This document shows, in pieces, positions 1 to 8,515 of a stretch of 64,000 bases of DNA. The stretch comes from Candidatus Marinacidobacterales bacterium. Its GTDB lineage: Bacteria > Acidobacteriota > Vicinamibacteria > Marinacidobacterales > DATDRI01. Under the pieces are notes generated by a model. That model did not search any database. It was not told the DNA's origin and saw only the letters and a program-made list of their open reading frames with translations. The position numbers and the translations under genes were made by a program. The DNA lies in contig OZ245365.1 in the NCBI GenBank assembly GCA_965226495.1, positions 5,248,001 through 5,312,000 on the forward strand. The letters run 5' to 3'. Numbering within the stretch: position 1 is the first letter of the stretch; each line of letters starts with the position of its first letter.

Positions 1-24
1 GAAGTGACAATCGACGTGCACTAG
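1..24 (+). CDS. 3' end of a gene cut by the window edge, paralogous to 1965..2531
   Basis: Reads EVTIDVH*; the 1965..2531 protein ends ELTIAVH*; nt 1-32 match 2508-2539 at 28/32. Confidence 0.6.
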   Translation, partial: EVTIDVH

Positions 25-76
25 GATGCCGGGCACGGACTTCTTGAAACAGTTCAATGATTCCAATCGCGCGCGC

Positions 77-1135
77 TTACGTAAGGCCGTACCATGCCCC
101 CCGGCCAGCCCCATGCTGCCTTAGATGGCCGGCGCTGGTTAGCGCTTTGAGATGGTCCTTAATTGTGTTCCGGTTCGCCCTCGTGACTTTCGCCGCTTGG
201 GCGACGGTGACCCGTCCGCGCTCACGGCACAGTTCGAGGATCTGTACCGAGAGCTCCGGCAAATCGCCGAGAATGAGACGCTCCCGCTCCATCTTTTTCT
301 CGAGTCGCGCTTTCTGTCGTTGAATGGACTTCAGGAAGAAGCTGAGCCAGGGCTGCCAATCCGGCGTATCTGTCCGAATAGTCTCCTGCGTTCCCCGCAA
401 CGCGAGATAGTATGCATCCTTGCTTTGCTCTATCACGCTCTCGAGCGAGCTAAAAGGCACATAGGCATAGCCTGCCCGTAGCAACAGCAGCGTTGTCAGG
501 ATGCGTGACAGGCGACCGTTACCGTCCTGAAATGGATGAATCTCCAAGAACACGACGATGAAGAGCGCGATCACAATGACCGGATGCAGGTCCTGCGTTT
601 CCAGGCCCTCCCGCGTCCAATCAATCAGCTCTGCCATCAGGCGCGGCGTATCGAACGGGCGAGGCGTCTGAAAGACAACGCCGAGGCTCTCGCCGTCTGG
701 GCCAAACGCTTCAACATGGTTGTCTAGCGTTTTGTATTCCCCACGATGCCGCTCGTCCTTCGATGTGTATTGGAGCAGGTCGCGATGCAATTGCTTGAGG
801 TGGTTCTCGGATAGCGTGATGTCCTGCCAATGCTCAAATACGGTCTCCATGACTTCCGCGTAGCCGGCGACCTCCTCTTCGTCGCGGGAAGCGAAAGCTT
901 TCATATCCAGATTGGCAAGTAGTCGCTCGACATCCTTGTCGCTCAGTTTTGCCCCTTCGATCCGTGTCGATGAACCGATGCTCTCGATAGTGGCAACACG
1001 ACGCAGCGAGGTGAGTCGCTCTGGGGATATCCGCCCGATGGCAGTCCAAGCGCCCTTGAATTCATCGATTTCCGCGATCAGTTTGAGAATCTCCGACGTG
1101 ATTGCTAGCGCGTGGGTCCGGATGCCGTCCGCCAT
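77..1135 (-). CDS. Fic family protein (AMPylase) with C-terminal winged HTH
   Basis: Fic motif HPFQDGNGRLSR; SSTRIEG N-terminal motif; GGAGG RBS before the ATG at 1135. Confidence 0.92.
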   Translation of the reverse strand: MADGIRTHALAITSEILKLIAEIDEFKGAWTAIGRISPERLTSLRRVATIESIGSSTRIEGAKLSDKDVERLLANLDMKAFASRDEEEVAGYAEVMETVFEHWQDITLSENHLKQLHRDLLQYTSKDERHRGEYKTLDNHVEAFGPDGESLGVVFQTPRPFDTPRLMAELIDWTREGLETQDLHPVIVIALFIVVFLEIHPFQDGNGRLSRILTTLLLLRAGYAYVPFSSLESVIEQSKDAYYLALRGTQETIRTDTPDWQPWLSFFLKSIQRQKARLEKKMERERLILGDLPELSVQILELCRERGRVTVAQAAKVTRANRNTIKDHLKALTSAGHLRQHGAGRGAWYGLT

Positions 1136-1140
1136 TTTGA

Positions 1141-1211
1141 CCTCCAATTCCATCCATTTAGAGGATAGTACCGCTCCATCCAATTGTCCATCCATTTCCA
1201 TCCAATTGTCC
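1141..1211. repeat. Array of five CATCCA(A/T)TT-like units upstream of fic, putative operator
   Basis: 15-bp exact direct repeat tccatccaattgtcc at 1175 and 1197, plus related units at 1141, 1151 and 1189. Confidence 0.6.
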
Positions 1212-1274
1212 GGCAACGGCGCCTGGCCTTGATTGGACTTGCGAAATAGGGATGCACTGTGTTAATGTGAAACT

Positions 1275-1517
1275 GTGAAAAATATCACAGTTTCACTCCC
1301 AGACGATATTTATCGACAGGCGCGCATAAAGGCCGCTGAGCGAGACACTTCTGTCAGTGCCTTGGTCCGGGAGTTCCTCCTCAAACTGGGGAGGGAAGAG
1401 TCCGACTTCGAGCGACGCCGGCGACTTCAGACCGAAGTGTTGGAGACGCTGAAGAGCTTCCGGGCTGCCGACCGCTTGACCCGCGAGGAACTCCACCAGC
1501 GCAATGCGCTTCGTTGA
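1275..1517 (+). CDS. RHH/CopG-type antitoxin
   Basis: MKNITVSLPDDIYRQARIKAA..TSVSALVRE ribbon-helix-helix pattern; overlaps the downstream PIN gene. Confidence 0.85.
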   Translation: MKNITVSLPDDIYRQARIKAAERDTSVSALVREFLLKLGREESDFERRRRLQTEVLETLKSFRAADRLTREELHQRNALR

Positions 1518-1920
1518 CACGAATATCCTCCTCTACGCAGCAAGCACTTCTCCAGACGAGCAGGAGAAGGCACGAATCGCGCTCGCACTTCTCGATTCGG
1601 AAGACATGGCCCTCTCGGTGCAAGTACTGCAGGAGTTCTACGTACAGGCCACTCGCCCCGGCAAGTCGAATGCGATGAGCCACGAGCAGGCTTCACTTCT
1701 CATCGAGTCCTTCCTCCGCTTTCGCGTTCAAGAGACAACGGTTACGTTGATGCAGTCCGCTCTCGATACAAGAGACCGTTTCCAGATCTCCTATTGGGAT
1801 GCGGCAATTATCGAAGCGGCGAGAGCGCTCGGATGTCGCACCGTTCTCACAGAAGATCTGAACGACGGACAAGACTTCGCGGGTGTCACTGTGGAGAACC
1901 CCTTCCGCAAGCTCGTCTGA
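1504..1920 (+). CDS. vapC: PIN-domain (VapC-like) toxin
   Basis: FVDTNILLYA, QVLQEFY, SYWDAAII, TEDLNDG PIN motifs. Confidence 0.92.
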   Translation: MRFVDTNILLYAASTSPDEQEKARIALALLDSEDMALSVQVLQEFYVQATRPGKSNAMSHEQASLLIESFLRFRVQETTVTLMQSALDTRDRFQISYWDAAIIEAARALGCRTVLTEDLNDGQDFAGVTVENPFRKLV

Positions 1921-1964
1921 CTCATCGTCCGGAGAAGTAGCGGACACGGAAATCGAGGATTCAT

Positions 1965-2531
1965 ATGACCTTTCGTGCTGGAGTGCTAATCGTGTTGTGC
2001 GCTGGGAGCGTCGTCGCCAATGCCCGCTTCGCTGCGCCGCAGGACTCATCGAGTGAAGAGGTCCAACCGCTGCGGTTCGTCATCACAGCTGAGCAGTCAT
2101 CGTATGACGTAAACGAAATCCCGACCACGCAGTATCCGACCAGCAAAGAAGCCGTGTTCTCCATCAAAGGAGAAATACGGAATATCAGCCAGCAGGACCG
2201 CTTGTTCTATGACTTCGAAGCCACCGGGACCCCCACCTACCACTTGACGGGACCCGACGGAGAGCCGATTGAGATTGCCTATCGCATCTCAGACCCAGCG
2301 CCTCCTACGAAAGAGAGCTTCGTCCTGATCAAGGCCAGGGAGTCGCTGCCGAAACACTTCGACGTCTCGTTCTGGACCGGCGATGCTGTCGCTCCAGGGA
2401 CCTACACATTGTCGATGGACTATAAGGTCCGCATGAACTGGTACTTCGATACTGAAAAGAGTGCGCGTGTTGATGTGGATGCATGGACCGGCACGTTGCA
2501 CTCTAACGAACTGACGATCGCCGTGCATTAG
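1965..2531 (+). CDS. Hypothetical exported protein, Ig-like beta-sandwich
   Basis: Signal peptide, GAGG RBS, PGTYTLSMDY and SNELTIAV endings typical of such folds. Confidence 0.7.
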   Translation: MTFRAGVLIVLCAGSVVANARFAAPQDSSSEEVQPLRFVITAEQSSYDVNEIPTTQYPTSKEAVFSIKGEIRNISQQDRLFYDFEATGTPTYHLTGPDGEPIEIAYRISDPAPPTKESFVLIKARESLPKHFDVSFWTGDAVAPGTYTLSMDYKVRMNWYFDTEKSARVDVDAWTGTLHSNELTIAVH

Positions 2532-2597
2532 GATGCCGGTCCATCTTCGCGTTTCTTCTCCGTTCATTCCGTCGAGGAGTTCTTGTTACCTTCAGTT

Positions 2598-2615
2598 ACT
2601 CGGTCCGGACCGAGT
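2598..2615. terminator. Perfect 18-bp palindrome between convergent genes, possible terminator
   Basis: actcggtcc-ggaccgagt. Confidence 0.4.
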
Positions 2616-2633
2616 CGTTATCACAAATGTTTC

Positions 2634-3206
2634 TCAGTAGGTCGTCAGCGTGAATTCCACCGGGAACGACCGCGAAAGCATTTCGTAGACCGGAGAGAAG
2701 AGCGCCAGTTCGGTGAGCTCCTTTACGCTTGCCTCGCTCCTGACGCGCATGTTGACCGTAACCTTGTTGAAGCCCCTACGCACGTCGTCGGCAAGACCGA
2801 AAAGGCCGCGGACGTCCATGTCGCCCGTGTACGAAGATTCGACGGCTTCGATCTCAATGCCGCGCACGGCTGCGTGGTAGACGAGGGTCCCTGTCAAGCA
2901 GGTGGCCAGCGCGTGCAAGACATACTCCATCGAATTCGGCGCGCTGTTTTGACCCGCAGCGATCGTCGGCTCGTCGGCGTCGAGCGTGAATGCCTCTTTG
3001 CGCGTCGTGTCCTCGGCGTTGCCGGCGAAGAAGTCCTTGATCCGGCTGCGGCTCAGGCCGCCGTTGATCCATTGGTTGGTGGCCCGCCACTGAAATTTTG
3101 CATAGCCGGGGTCTGACTCGATCGCCCCGATCACGTCCATGACCTGGCTCACGTCGACGCCATTGGTCGTCTCTTTCTTTTCTTCAATTCCATTACTGGT
3201 TGTCAT
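2634..3206 (-). CDS. OsmC family protein
   Basis: DADEP..AGQNSAPNSMEYVLHALATCL and GDMDVRGLFG motifs. Confidence 0.9.
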   Translation of the reverse strand: MTTSNGIEEKKETTNGVDVSQVMDVIGAIESDPGYAKFQWRATNQWINGGLSRSRIKDFFAGNAEDTTRKEAFTLDADEPTIAAGQNSAPNSMEYVLHALATCLTGTLVYHAAVRGIEIEAVESSYTGDMDVRGLFGLADDVRRGFNKVTVNMRVRSEASVKELTELALFSPVYEMLSRSFPVEFTLTTY

Positions 3207-3296
3207 TTCATCTCTCCTGAAGAGTTGATGCCGCGGGATTGCGACCGTCAGAGACCATGTTAAGAAGTTGGACGCCTTGCCCGATAGTGTAGGATG

Positions 3297-3326
3297 TGTA
3301 GTGTTGAACTACATATTCTGTAGTTC
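3297..3326. promoter_or_regulatory. Inverted-repeat operator between osmC-like and hxlR-like genes
   Basis: gaactaca-N5-tgtagttc (3306-3326), overlapping tgtagt-N5-actaca (3297-3313). Confidence 0.55.
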
Positions 3327-3350
3327 GAAACAGCACGCGGAGGGGGCACA

Positions 3351-4058
3351 ATGGCGGGCTACGGGCAGTTCTGCCCGGTGGCGAAGGCCACCGAGGTCAT
3401 CGGCGAAAAGTGGACGGTGCTGGTTTTGCGTGAGCTCTTTTTGGGCACGACGCGATTCAATGATTTCCAGCGCGCGATCTCGCGCATGTCGCCGACACTG
3501 CTCGCGAAAAGGCTCAGGCACCTCGAAAAGTGCGGCGTCGTCATTCGCAAGAAACTCTCCGGACAGAAGGGCTATGAATACCGCTTGACCGCGGCCGGCA
3601 AGGAGCTCGGTCCATTGATCGAAGTCCTGGCGGTTTGGGGTATGCGCTGGGCGCGCAGTCAGCTGACGGACGACGAGCTCGATGTGGAATTCCTGATGCG
3701 GGAACTCCAGCGACGGCTACAGACCGAGCATCTGCCCGATGGCGAGACCGTCATCTGCTTGATGTTCGACAAACTAAAGAGGCGAAAGACCTGGTGGCTC
3801 CTCGTCGAGGGCGATGTGGTGGACCTGTGTACCGAGGACCCGGGCAAAGACGTCGATCTCTATATCAGTTCGAGAGTGCGCACCATCGTCGAAGTCTGGG
3901 AGGGCGACCTCGACATGCGCAAAGCCCTGCGCAACGGGTTGATCAAGGCGCAAGGTTCGCGCCACCTCATTCGCACGATGCCAGACTGGTTCGGCGTTTC
4001 CCTGTACAAACACGTCCAGCGGGGCGACCCGAAGCTCATGCGGAAGGCCGCTGATTAG
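3351..4058 (+). CDS. HxlR-family winged-helix regulator with C-terminal SCP2-like domain
   Basis: YGQFCPVAKATEVIGEKWT, TRFNDF, EYRLT.AG, WG.RW motifs. Confidence 0.92.
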   Translation: MAGYGQFCPVAKATEVIGEKWTVLVLRELFLGTTRFNDFQRAISRMSPTLLAKRLRHLEKCGVVIRKKLSGQKGYEYRLTAAGKELGPLIEVLAVWGMRWARSQLTDDELDVEFLMRELQRRLQTEHLPDGETVICLMFDKLKRRKTWWLLVEGDVVDLCTEDPGKDVDLYISSRVRTIVEVWEGDLDMRKALRNGLIKAQGSRHLIRTMPDWFGVSLYKHVQRGDPKLMRKAAD

Positions 4059-4100
4059 CCATGAACGGCGCTGTCACGAGTGTCTGGCAAGGACCAAATC

Positions 4101-4214
4101 AGAACTGTTCAGTTCACCCGCCCCCTGTGCCCCTATCCGATGGTCGCGACCTACGACGGAGTGGGTGATCCGAACGACGAGGCTAGCTACGGCTGCCGGT
4201 CGTCAGGCTCGTAG
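4101..4214 (+). pseudogene. C-terminal remnant of a tannase/feruloyl esterase gene
   Basis: Translates RTVQFTRPLCPYPMVATYDGVGDPNDEASYGC..*, the family's C-terminal motif; no in-frame gene body upstream. Confidence 0.75.
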
Positions 4215-4250
4215 ACGGGACATTGCTAGTCCGACTGGTCGATCATCGTT

Positions 4251-4288
4251 CCCCTCACCCCAGCCCTCTCCCCAGAGGGGAGAGGGAG
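4251..4288. repeat. REP-like extragenic palindrome
   Basis: cccctcaccccagccctctccccagaggggagagggag hairpin; related copy at 50524-50558. Confidence 0.65.
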
Positions 4289-4310
4289 AATGCTGACTCG
4301 CTCCCTTCTC

Positions 4311-5426
4311 TCACTGTTCGGTGCCGTCAAGTAGCGCGTAGACTCGCTGCACGGCGTGGGGGTGCACGCCCGGACCCTCGATTTGAGGATAGTGCTCGGC
4401 GTGATGGGTCATGTCGATCGTTTGGGCCGCCTCTTCCTCGCTGACACCAGCCTCATGCTTGACCACGATCTTCGTCCAAAGATCGCGCAAGTAGGCCTGG
4501 AAGTGGTCGATCTTCTCGACGTCCTCGAACGCCGCGCCGTGACCGGGGAGGACGACATCGAAGTCCAAGTTCTTGAGCTCCTCGAGGGTGTCGGCCCATT
4601 CATTCAAGTAGGCGTTGCCCATGTAGCTGAGGCCGCCGGTCAAAAGATCACCGGTTGCGATGACCCTCTCCTGTGGCAGGTAGACGACGACGTCACCGCC
4701 GGTATGGCCACGGCCGAAGAACAGTAGCTGAATCTCCCGGCCTCCCCGGATCAGCGTTATGCGTTTCGTCAGCGTGATGGTTGGTGGCGTCGGGACCACG
4801 GCATTCGTTGCGTCTTGATAATGCTTCAGGACGGTCAGCTGCTTTCGGAGCTCCGCTTCGGCGTCTGAATCGGTCGCGTCAATGTCGTCAATGGCCGTTT
4901 GGAGCTTGCTTTCCGTTTCCTTGATTCGATCCGGCAACCCTCCGACAAACAGGTCCCAGGCCCGGCCTTCCATCGATGCCCCCGATACGAGTTGCTCTCG
5001 TGTGAATTTGTGCCCGATGATCTCGACATCGTCGCCGAAGGTCTGGTTGCCGTGTGCGTGGTCGAAATGAAAATGCGTATTCACGACGTAGCGTACGGGC
5101 TTGTCGGTGATGTTCTTCAGCTCTTTCAACAACGCCCACGAAGCGGCCGGCGTCATGTGAGAGTCCACCAGGAGCACGTCGTTTTCATTGATGATGACGC
5201 TGCCGTTGCAGCCGACTGTCAAGTTGCCGGTGCCGACGGCATGGTAGATATCGTCGCGAACCTTGTGAAAGGTGAAAGCCTCGCCTTCCCAGGAGGCGCC
5301 AGGCGGGGGTCCCGCGTCATTGATAGCTGCGTGGGGGATAGCTGCGTCGGGTGCCTGCACTGGCTGACATGCCCAGTTTGCGGCCAGAGCCAAGGCTGCG
5401 ATCACGCGAAAAGCTTTCCCCTGCAT
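4311..5426 (-). CDS. MBL-fold metallo-hydrolase (cyclase-like), exported
   Basis: THFHFDHAHGN (HxHxDH), GHTGGD, TGDL, PGHG; lipoprotein-like signal. Confidence 0.9.
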   Translation of the reverse strand: MQGKAFRVIAALALAANWACQPVQAPDAAIPHAAINDAGPPPGASWEGEAFTFHKVRDDIYHAVGTGNLTVGCNGSVIINENDVLLVDSHMTPAASWALLKELKNITDKPVRYVVNTHFHFDHAHGNQTFGDDVEIIGHKFTREQLVSGASMEGRAWDLFVGGLPDRIKETESKLQTAIDDIDATDSDAEAELRKQLTVLKHYQDATNAVVPTPPTITLTKRITLIRGGREIQLLFFGRGHTGGDVVVYLPQERVIATGDLLTGGLSYMGNAYLNEWADTLEELKNLDFDVVLPGHGAAFEDVEKIDHFQAYLRDLWTKIVVKHEAGVSEEEAAQTIDMTHHAEHYPQIEGPGVHPHAVQRVYALLDGTEQ

Positions 5427-5538
5427 GTTGACCCTCCAGATTGATCGATAGAAGGGGGGAGCCTACGCCATCGGGCGTTTCGTTTCAACGACACTGGCTT
5501 TGCTTCAACACCACTACCCGGCGAGGTAAAGTGGGCCG

Positions 5539-6411
5539 ATGATGTGGATTAGTTTCTTGGCCCTTCTCACCACTGCTGCTCCCGTTATTACCCAAGACCC
5601 GCCTGATGATATTGACGACATCGACGCCTTCATGGAGCGTGTTCTCAAACAGCGCGAGGTGAATTGGGAGAATCTCCACAACTACTTCTGCAAGGAGCGG
5701 ACCGAGCTTTCCGTCGAGGGCTCGTTGCCCGGCGTACCTATTCAGGGATTTCGAAAGGAGTTTCTCTGGTTCGTGCGGGACGGTTACGTGGTCCGGAGCC
5801 CGCTTTCCGTGGACGGCGTCAAAGTTTCCGCCAAGGACCGCGAGCAAGCGGAGAGGAAGTGGATCGATCAAGTCAAGAAAAGAGAACGAGAGCGCGGACC
5901 GGATCGAGAAACGTTCTTCGGTCTGGAGTTCGAGCCCGGGAACTACTTCTACGCGGGGCGGCAGGAGTTCGAAGGGCATGAGGTCATCGTGGTGGAGTAC
6001 TACCCCGAATCTGGACCCTGGCAAGACGATGACGAAGATGGCGACTCGGAGGACGACGAGATCGAAGCGCAGATCAGCAAGGTTCTCCTGGTGACAATGC
6101 TGATCGACCCGAAAGAGAACCAGATCGTAAAGATGACGCTGGATAACGTCGGTTTCGATTTCTTGCCCGCTAAATGGCTCTTTCAGCTCGACACCATCGA
6201 AGTCTCGCTCACCATGCATAGGCCCATAGAAGACATTTGGCTGGCTCGCGACATCAAGGCCTACGCACGGGTCACCTTGGCCGGCGGAGATCTGGGGATT
6301 CGTTACAAGTCGACCTTCTACGATTACGTGAAAGCGGAGACACGTGCCACCGTCCGCTTCCCTCCGCGAGGTAGTACCGAGAAGGACGAAGACGAGAAGC
6401 CGCCGGAATGA
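5539..6411 (+). CDS. Hypothetical exported protein
   Basis: Signal peptide; ATGA overlap with the Omp85-family gene. Confidence 0.75.
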   Translation: MMWISFLALLTTAAPVITQDPPDDIDDIDAFMERVLKQREVNWENLHNYFCKERTELSVEGSLPGVPIQGFRKEFLWFVRDGYVVRSPLSVDGVKVSAKDREQAERKWIDQVKKRERERGPDRETFFGLEFEPGNYFYAGRQEFEGHEVIVVEYYPESGPWQDDDEDGDSEDDEIEAQISKVLLVTMLIDPKENQIVKMTLDNVGFDFLPAKWLFQLDTIEVSLTMHRPIEDIWLARDIKAYARVTLAGGDLGIRYKSTFYDYVKAETRATVRFPPRGSTEKDEDEKPPE

Positions 6412-7592
6412 AGCTTCTCGCTGCACTCACTCTCCTGGGTGCGCTCGTCCAGACGGACTCTCGCATCACCACGTTGCGAGTTCACGGAAACCATACTGTC
6501 CCCGACGCGGAGGTTCTCCGCATTGCGGCCGTCGCGCGAGGCGACGCCTTCGAGTTGGACACGGCGAGCGAGATCAAAGATCGCCTTCTGAAGAGCGGAA
6601 AGTTCGCCACCGCCGAGGTTCGCGTACGTTATCGGGGACTCTCCGAGTCGAGCGATGTCGCGCTAGTTCTCTTGGTCCGGGAGAAACGCTCCACCGCGAG
6701 CCGATTCATGGTGGGTCCACTCGTGGACATATCGAGCGAGTACGGGCTGACGCTGGGCGCTCGATTCGCCTTCGTGGACTTCGCAACCGAAGGTGGACAC
6801 ATCGCCTTTCCCATGAGCTGGGGAGGGAAGCGTCAGGCGGGAGTGGAGACCACCTTTCCCGTCGGCGATGGTCAACATCTACGTTTCGACCTGTCACGTT
6901 GGCGCCAGGTCAATCCGCACTTCGACATCCCCGACAACCGCCTCGAGGTGGGGGGACGGTTCGTCAAGCACGTTCGCCGCGCCACCTTCCACGTTCGCGG
7001 CCAATGGTCGGACGTCGATTTCGAGCTTCCGGATCAGCGTTTCGCGACGCTCGGGGCTAAGGCCGTCTTCGACACGCGGATCGACCCCACCATGCCAGGT
7101 GATGCGGTCTATCTAGGTCTCGATTGGCGACGCCTCTTCTTTCTCGCCGGAGTCGACCGGTCCGATGTGAACCAGTACGCACTCGATCTTCGAGGCTATA
7201 AGCGCCTCATCGGCCAATCACTCCTCGCAGGCCAGTTCTACTGGGCGATCGCCGACGGCCCCATGCCCTCCTACGAGCAGCCCTTCGTCGGCGGAGGAAA
7301 AACATTGCGCGGCTATAAGGCGGGTCGCTTCATCGGAGACAATGCCGCGTACGGTACGGTGGAGCTAAGACTACCGCTGACTTCACCCACGTCTTTCGCG
7401 CGGGTGGGCCTGCATTTTTTCTACGATACCGGCACCGCGTACGACTATGGAGTGCGCTTCGACAGCGCTCGCTTCCATCATGCGCTCGGCGTCGGGGCCT
7501 TCCTCAAGGTATTGATCGGCCTACGCATCGATATGGGTTGGGACCTCGAGGGAGGCTCGCGGTTCTCGATCGAATCGCAGATGAAGTTCTAA
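6408..7592 (+). CDS. Omp85/BamA-TamA family outer membrane protein (one POTRA domain plus barrel)
   Basis: VHGNHTV POTRA start, GGGKTLRGY (VRGY-like) loop, FYDTG, terminal Phe. Confidence 0.85.
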   Translation: MKLLAALTLLGALVQTDSRITTLRVHGNHTVPDAEVLRIAAVARGDAFELDTASEIKDRLLKSGKFATAEVRVRYRGLSESSDVALVLLVREKRSTASRFMVGPLVDISSEYGLTLGARFAFVDFATEGGHIAFPMSWGGKRQAGVETTFPVGDGQHLRFDLSRWRQVNPHFDIPDNRLEVGGRFVKHVRRATFHVRGQWSDVDFELPDQRFATLGAKAVFDTRIDPTMPGDAVYLGLDWRRLFFLAGVDRSDVNQYALDLRGYKRLIGQSLLAGQFYWAIADGPMPSYEQPFVGGGKTLRGYKAGRFIGDNAAYGTVELRLPLTSPTSFARVGLHFFYDTGTAYDYGVRFDSARFHHALGVGAFLKVLIGLRIDMGWDLEGGSRFSIESQMKF

Positions 7593-7595
7593 CGG

Positions 7596-8099
7596 CTAGC
7601 GTTTCAAATCGGCTGGCTCGAATGTCTCGAGCTCGGTGACTCTTCTGAAGTCCGCGTCTGCGGTCGCAAGTGCATGGAGTCCCGCTAACGTTGCGGCCGC
7701 TGCGACAAGAGAGTCATTGACCAAGAGTCCATACTTCTTCCTGAAATCGTGAGAGTGGAGCAGACTCTTCACGTCTAGAGGGAGGATGGCAACACCCATT
7801 AAAGGAATCCGCTCGACCTGCTCCCGATAAGTCTCGAGGCTCATCACAAGCTCTGGTTTTGCTCGGAGCTTTCGCACGACGTTTCCAGTCGTTAGCAATC
7901 CCCGAGAGACCGCCTCGATCATCATCAGTCGGTGGGCCACCTCCGCGAGAACGACGGCGGAAGTAATACCTTTCAAATCCCCACTCTCGCAGCGTTCCAG
8001 AAATTCCCTGCAATCTGCTGACGCACCGGTGAAGTGATAGATAAAGATCGTGGAATCGATGAAGACGCGGGACCTCGGCGGGATCTGGTCAAGCGTCAT
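7596..8099 (-). CDS. vapC: PIN-domain (VapC-like) toxin
   Basis: VFIDSTIFIY, VLAEVAH, LLVNDSLV, ATADADF motifs. Confidence 0.9.
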   Translation of the reverse strand: MTLDQIPPRSRVFIDSTIFIYHFTGASADCREFLERCESGDLKGITSAVVLAEVAHRLMMIEAVSRGLLTTGNVVRKLRAKPELVMSLETYREQVERIPLMGVAILPLDVKSLLHSHDFRKKYGLLVNDSLVAAAATLAGLHALATADADFRRVTELETFEPADLKR

Positions 8100-8118
8100 C
8101 GAGTATCTTCAAGAATCA

Positions 8119-8361
8119 TTAAGTACCGAGGAGCTCGTCCTCTTCCTCCATGATCTCGCGTACGTCCGCCTCTGGCAGATACAAGGCGCCCCAACTCTCG
8201 GCGACGAATCCCGCCGTCCCCTGCCGCTCGCCCTTTTCGCCCAAGTACCGCTCCAGCGCTTCCCCGACGATGCCGCTGATTTGCTTGCCCTGACGGGCCG
8301 CCTCCAGCTTGACTCGCCGGAAGAGTCCCTCGTCGACGAGGGTGCTCACTTTTTTCCTCAC
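8119..8361 (-). CDS. RHH-type antitoxin
   Basis: VRKKVSTLVDEGLFRRVKLEAA..ISGIVGEALERYL; directly upstream of the PIN gene; GTG start. Confidence 0.8.
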   Translation of the reverse strand: MRKKVSTLVDEGLFRRVKLEAARQGKQISGIVGEALERYLGEKGERQGTAGFVAESWGALYLPEADVREIMEEEDELLGT

Positions 8362-8396
8362 ATCATGATGGTAACCTGAAAAGAAGATGCTGTCAA
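8361..8396 (-). promoter_or_regulatory. Sigma70 promoter of the TA operon with overlapping palindrome
   Basis: TTGACA (8396-8391)-N17-TACCAT (8373-8368); catcatgatg palindrome at 8361-8370. Confidence 0.7.
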
Positions 8397-8515
8397 GATC
8401 ACATAATATCAAGAAGTTACGAAGTAGGGATTGTGGGTCTCAAGTATTACTTGAGATCTTGTTTCACGTTGAACCCCGAGTAACACCGGGAACGTTGATG
8501 GCCCTTCGAAGGATC

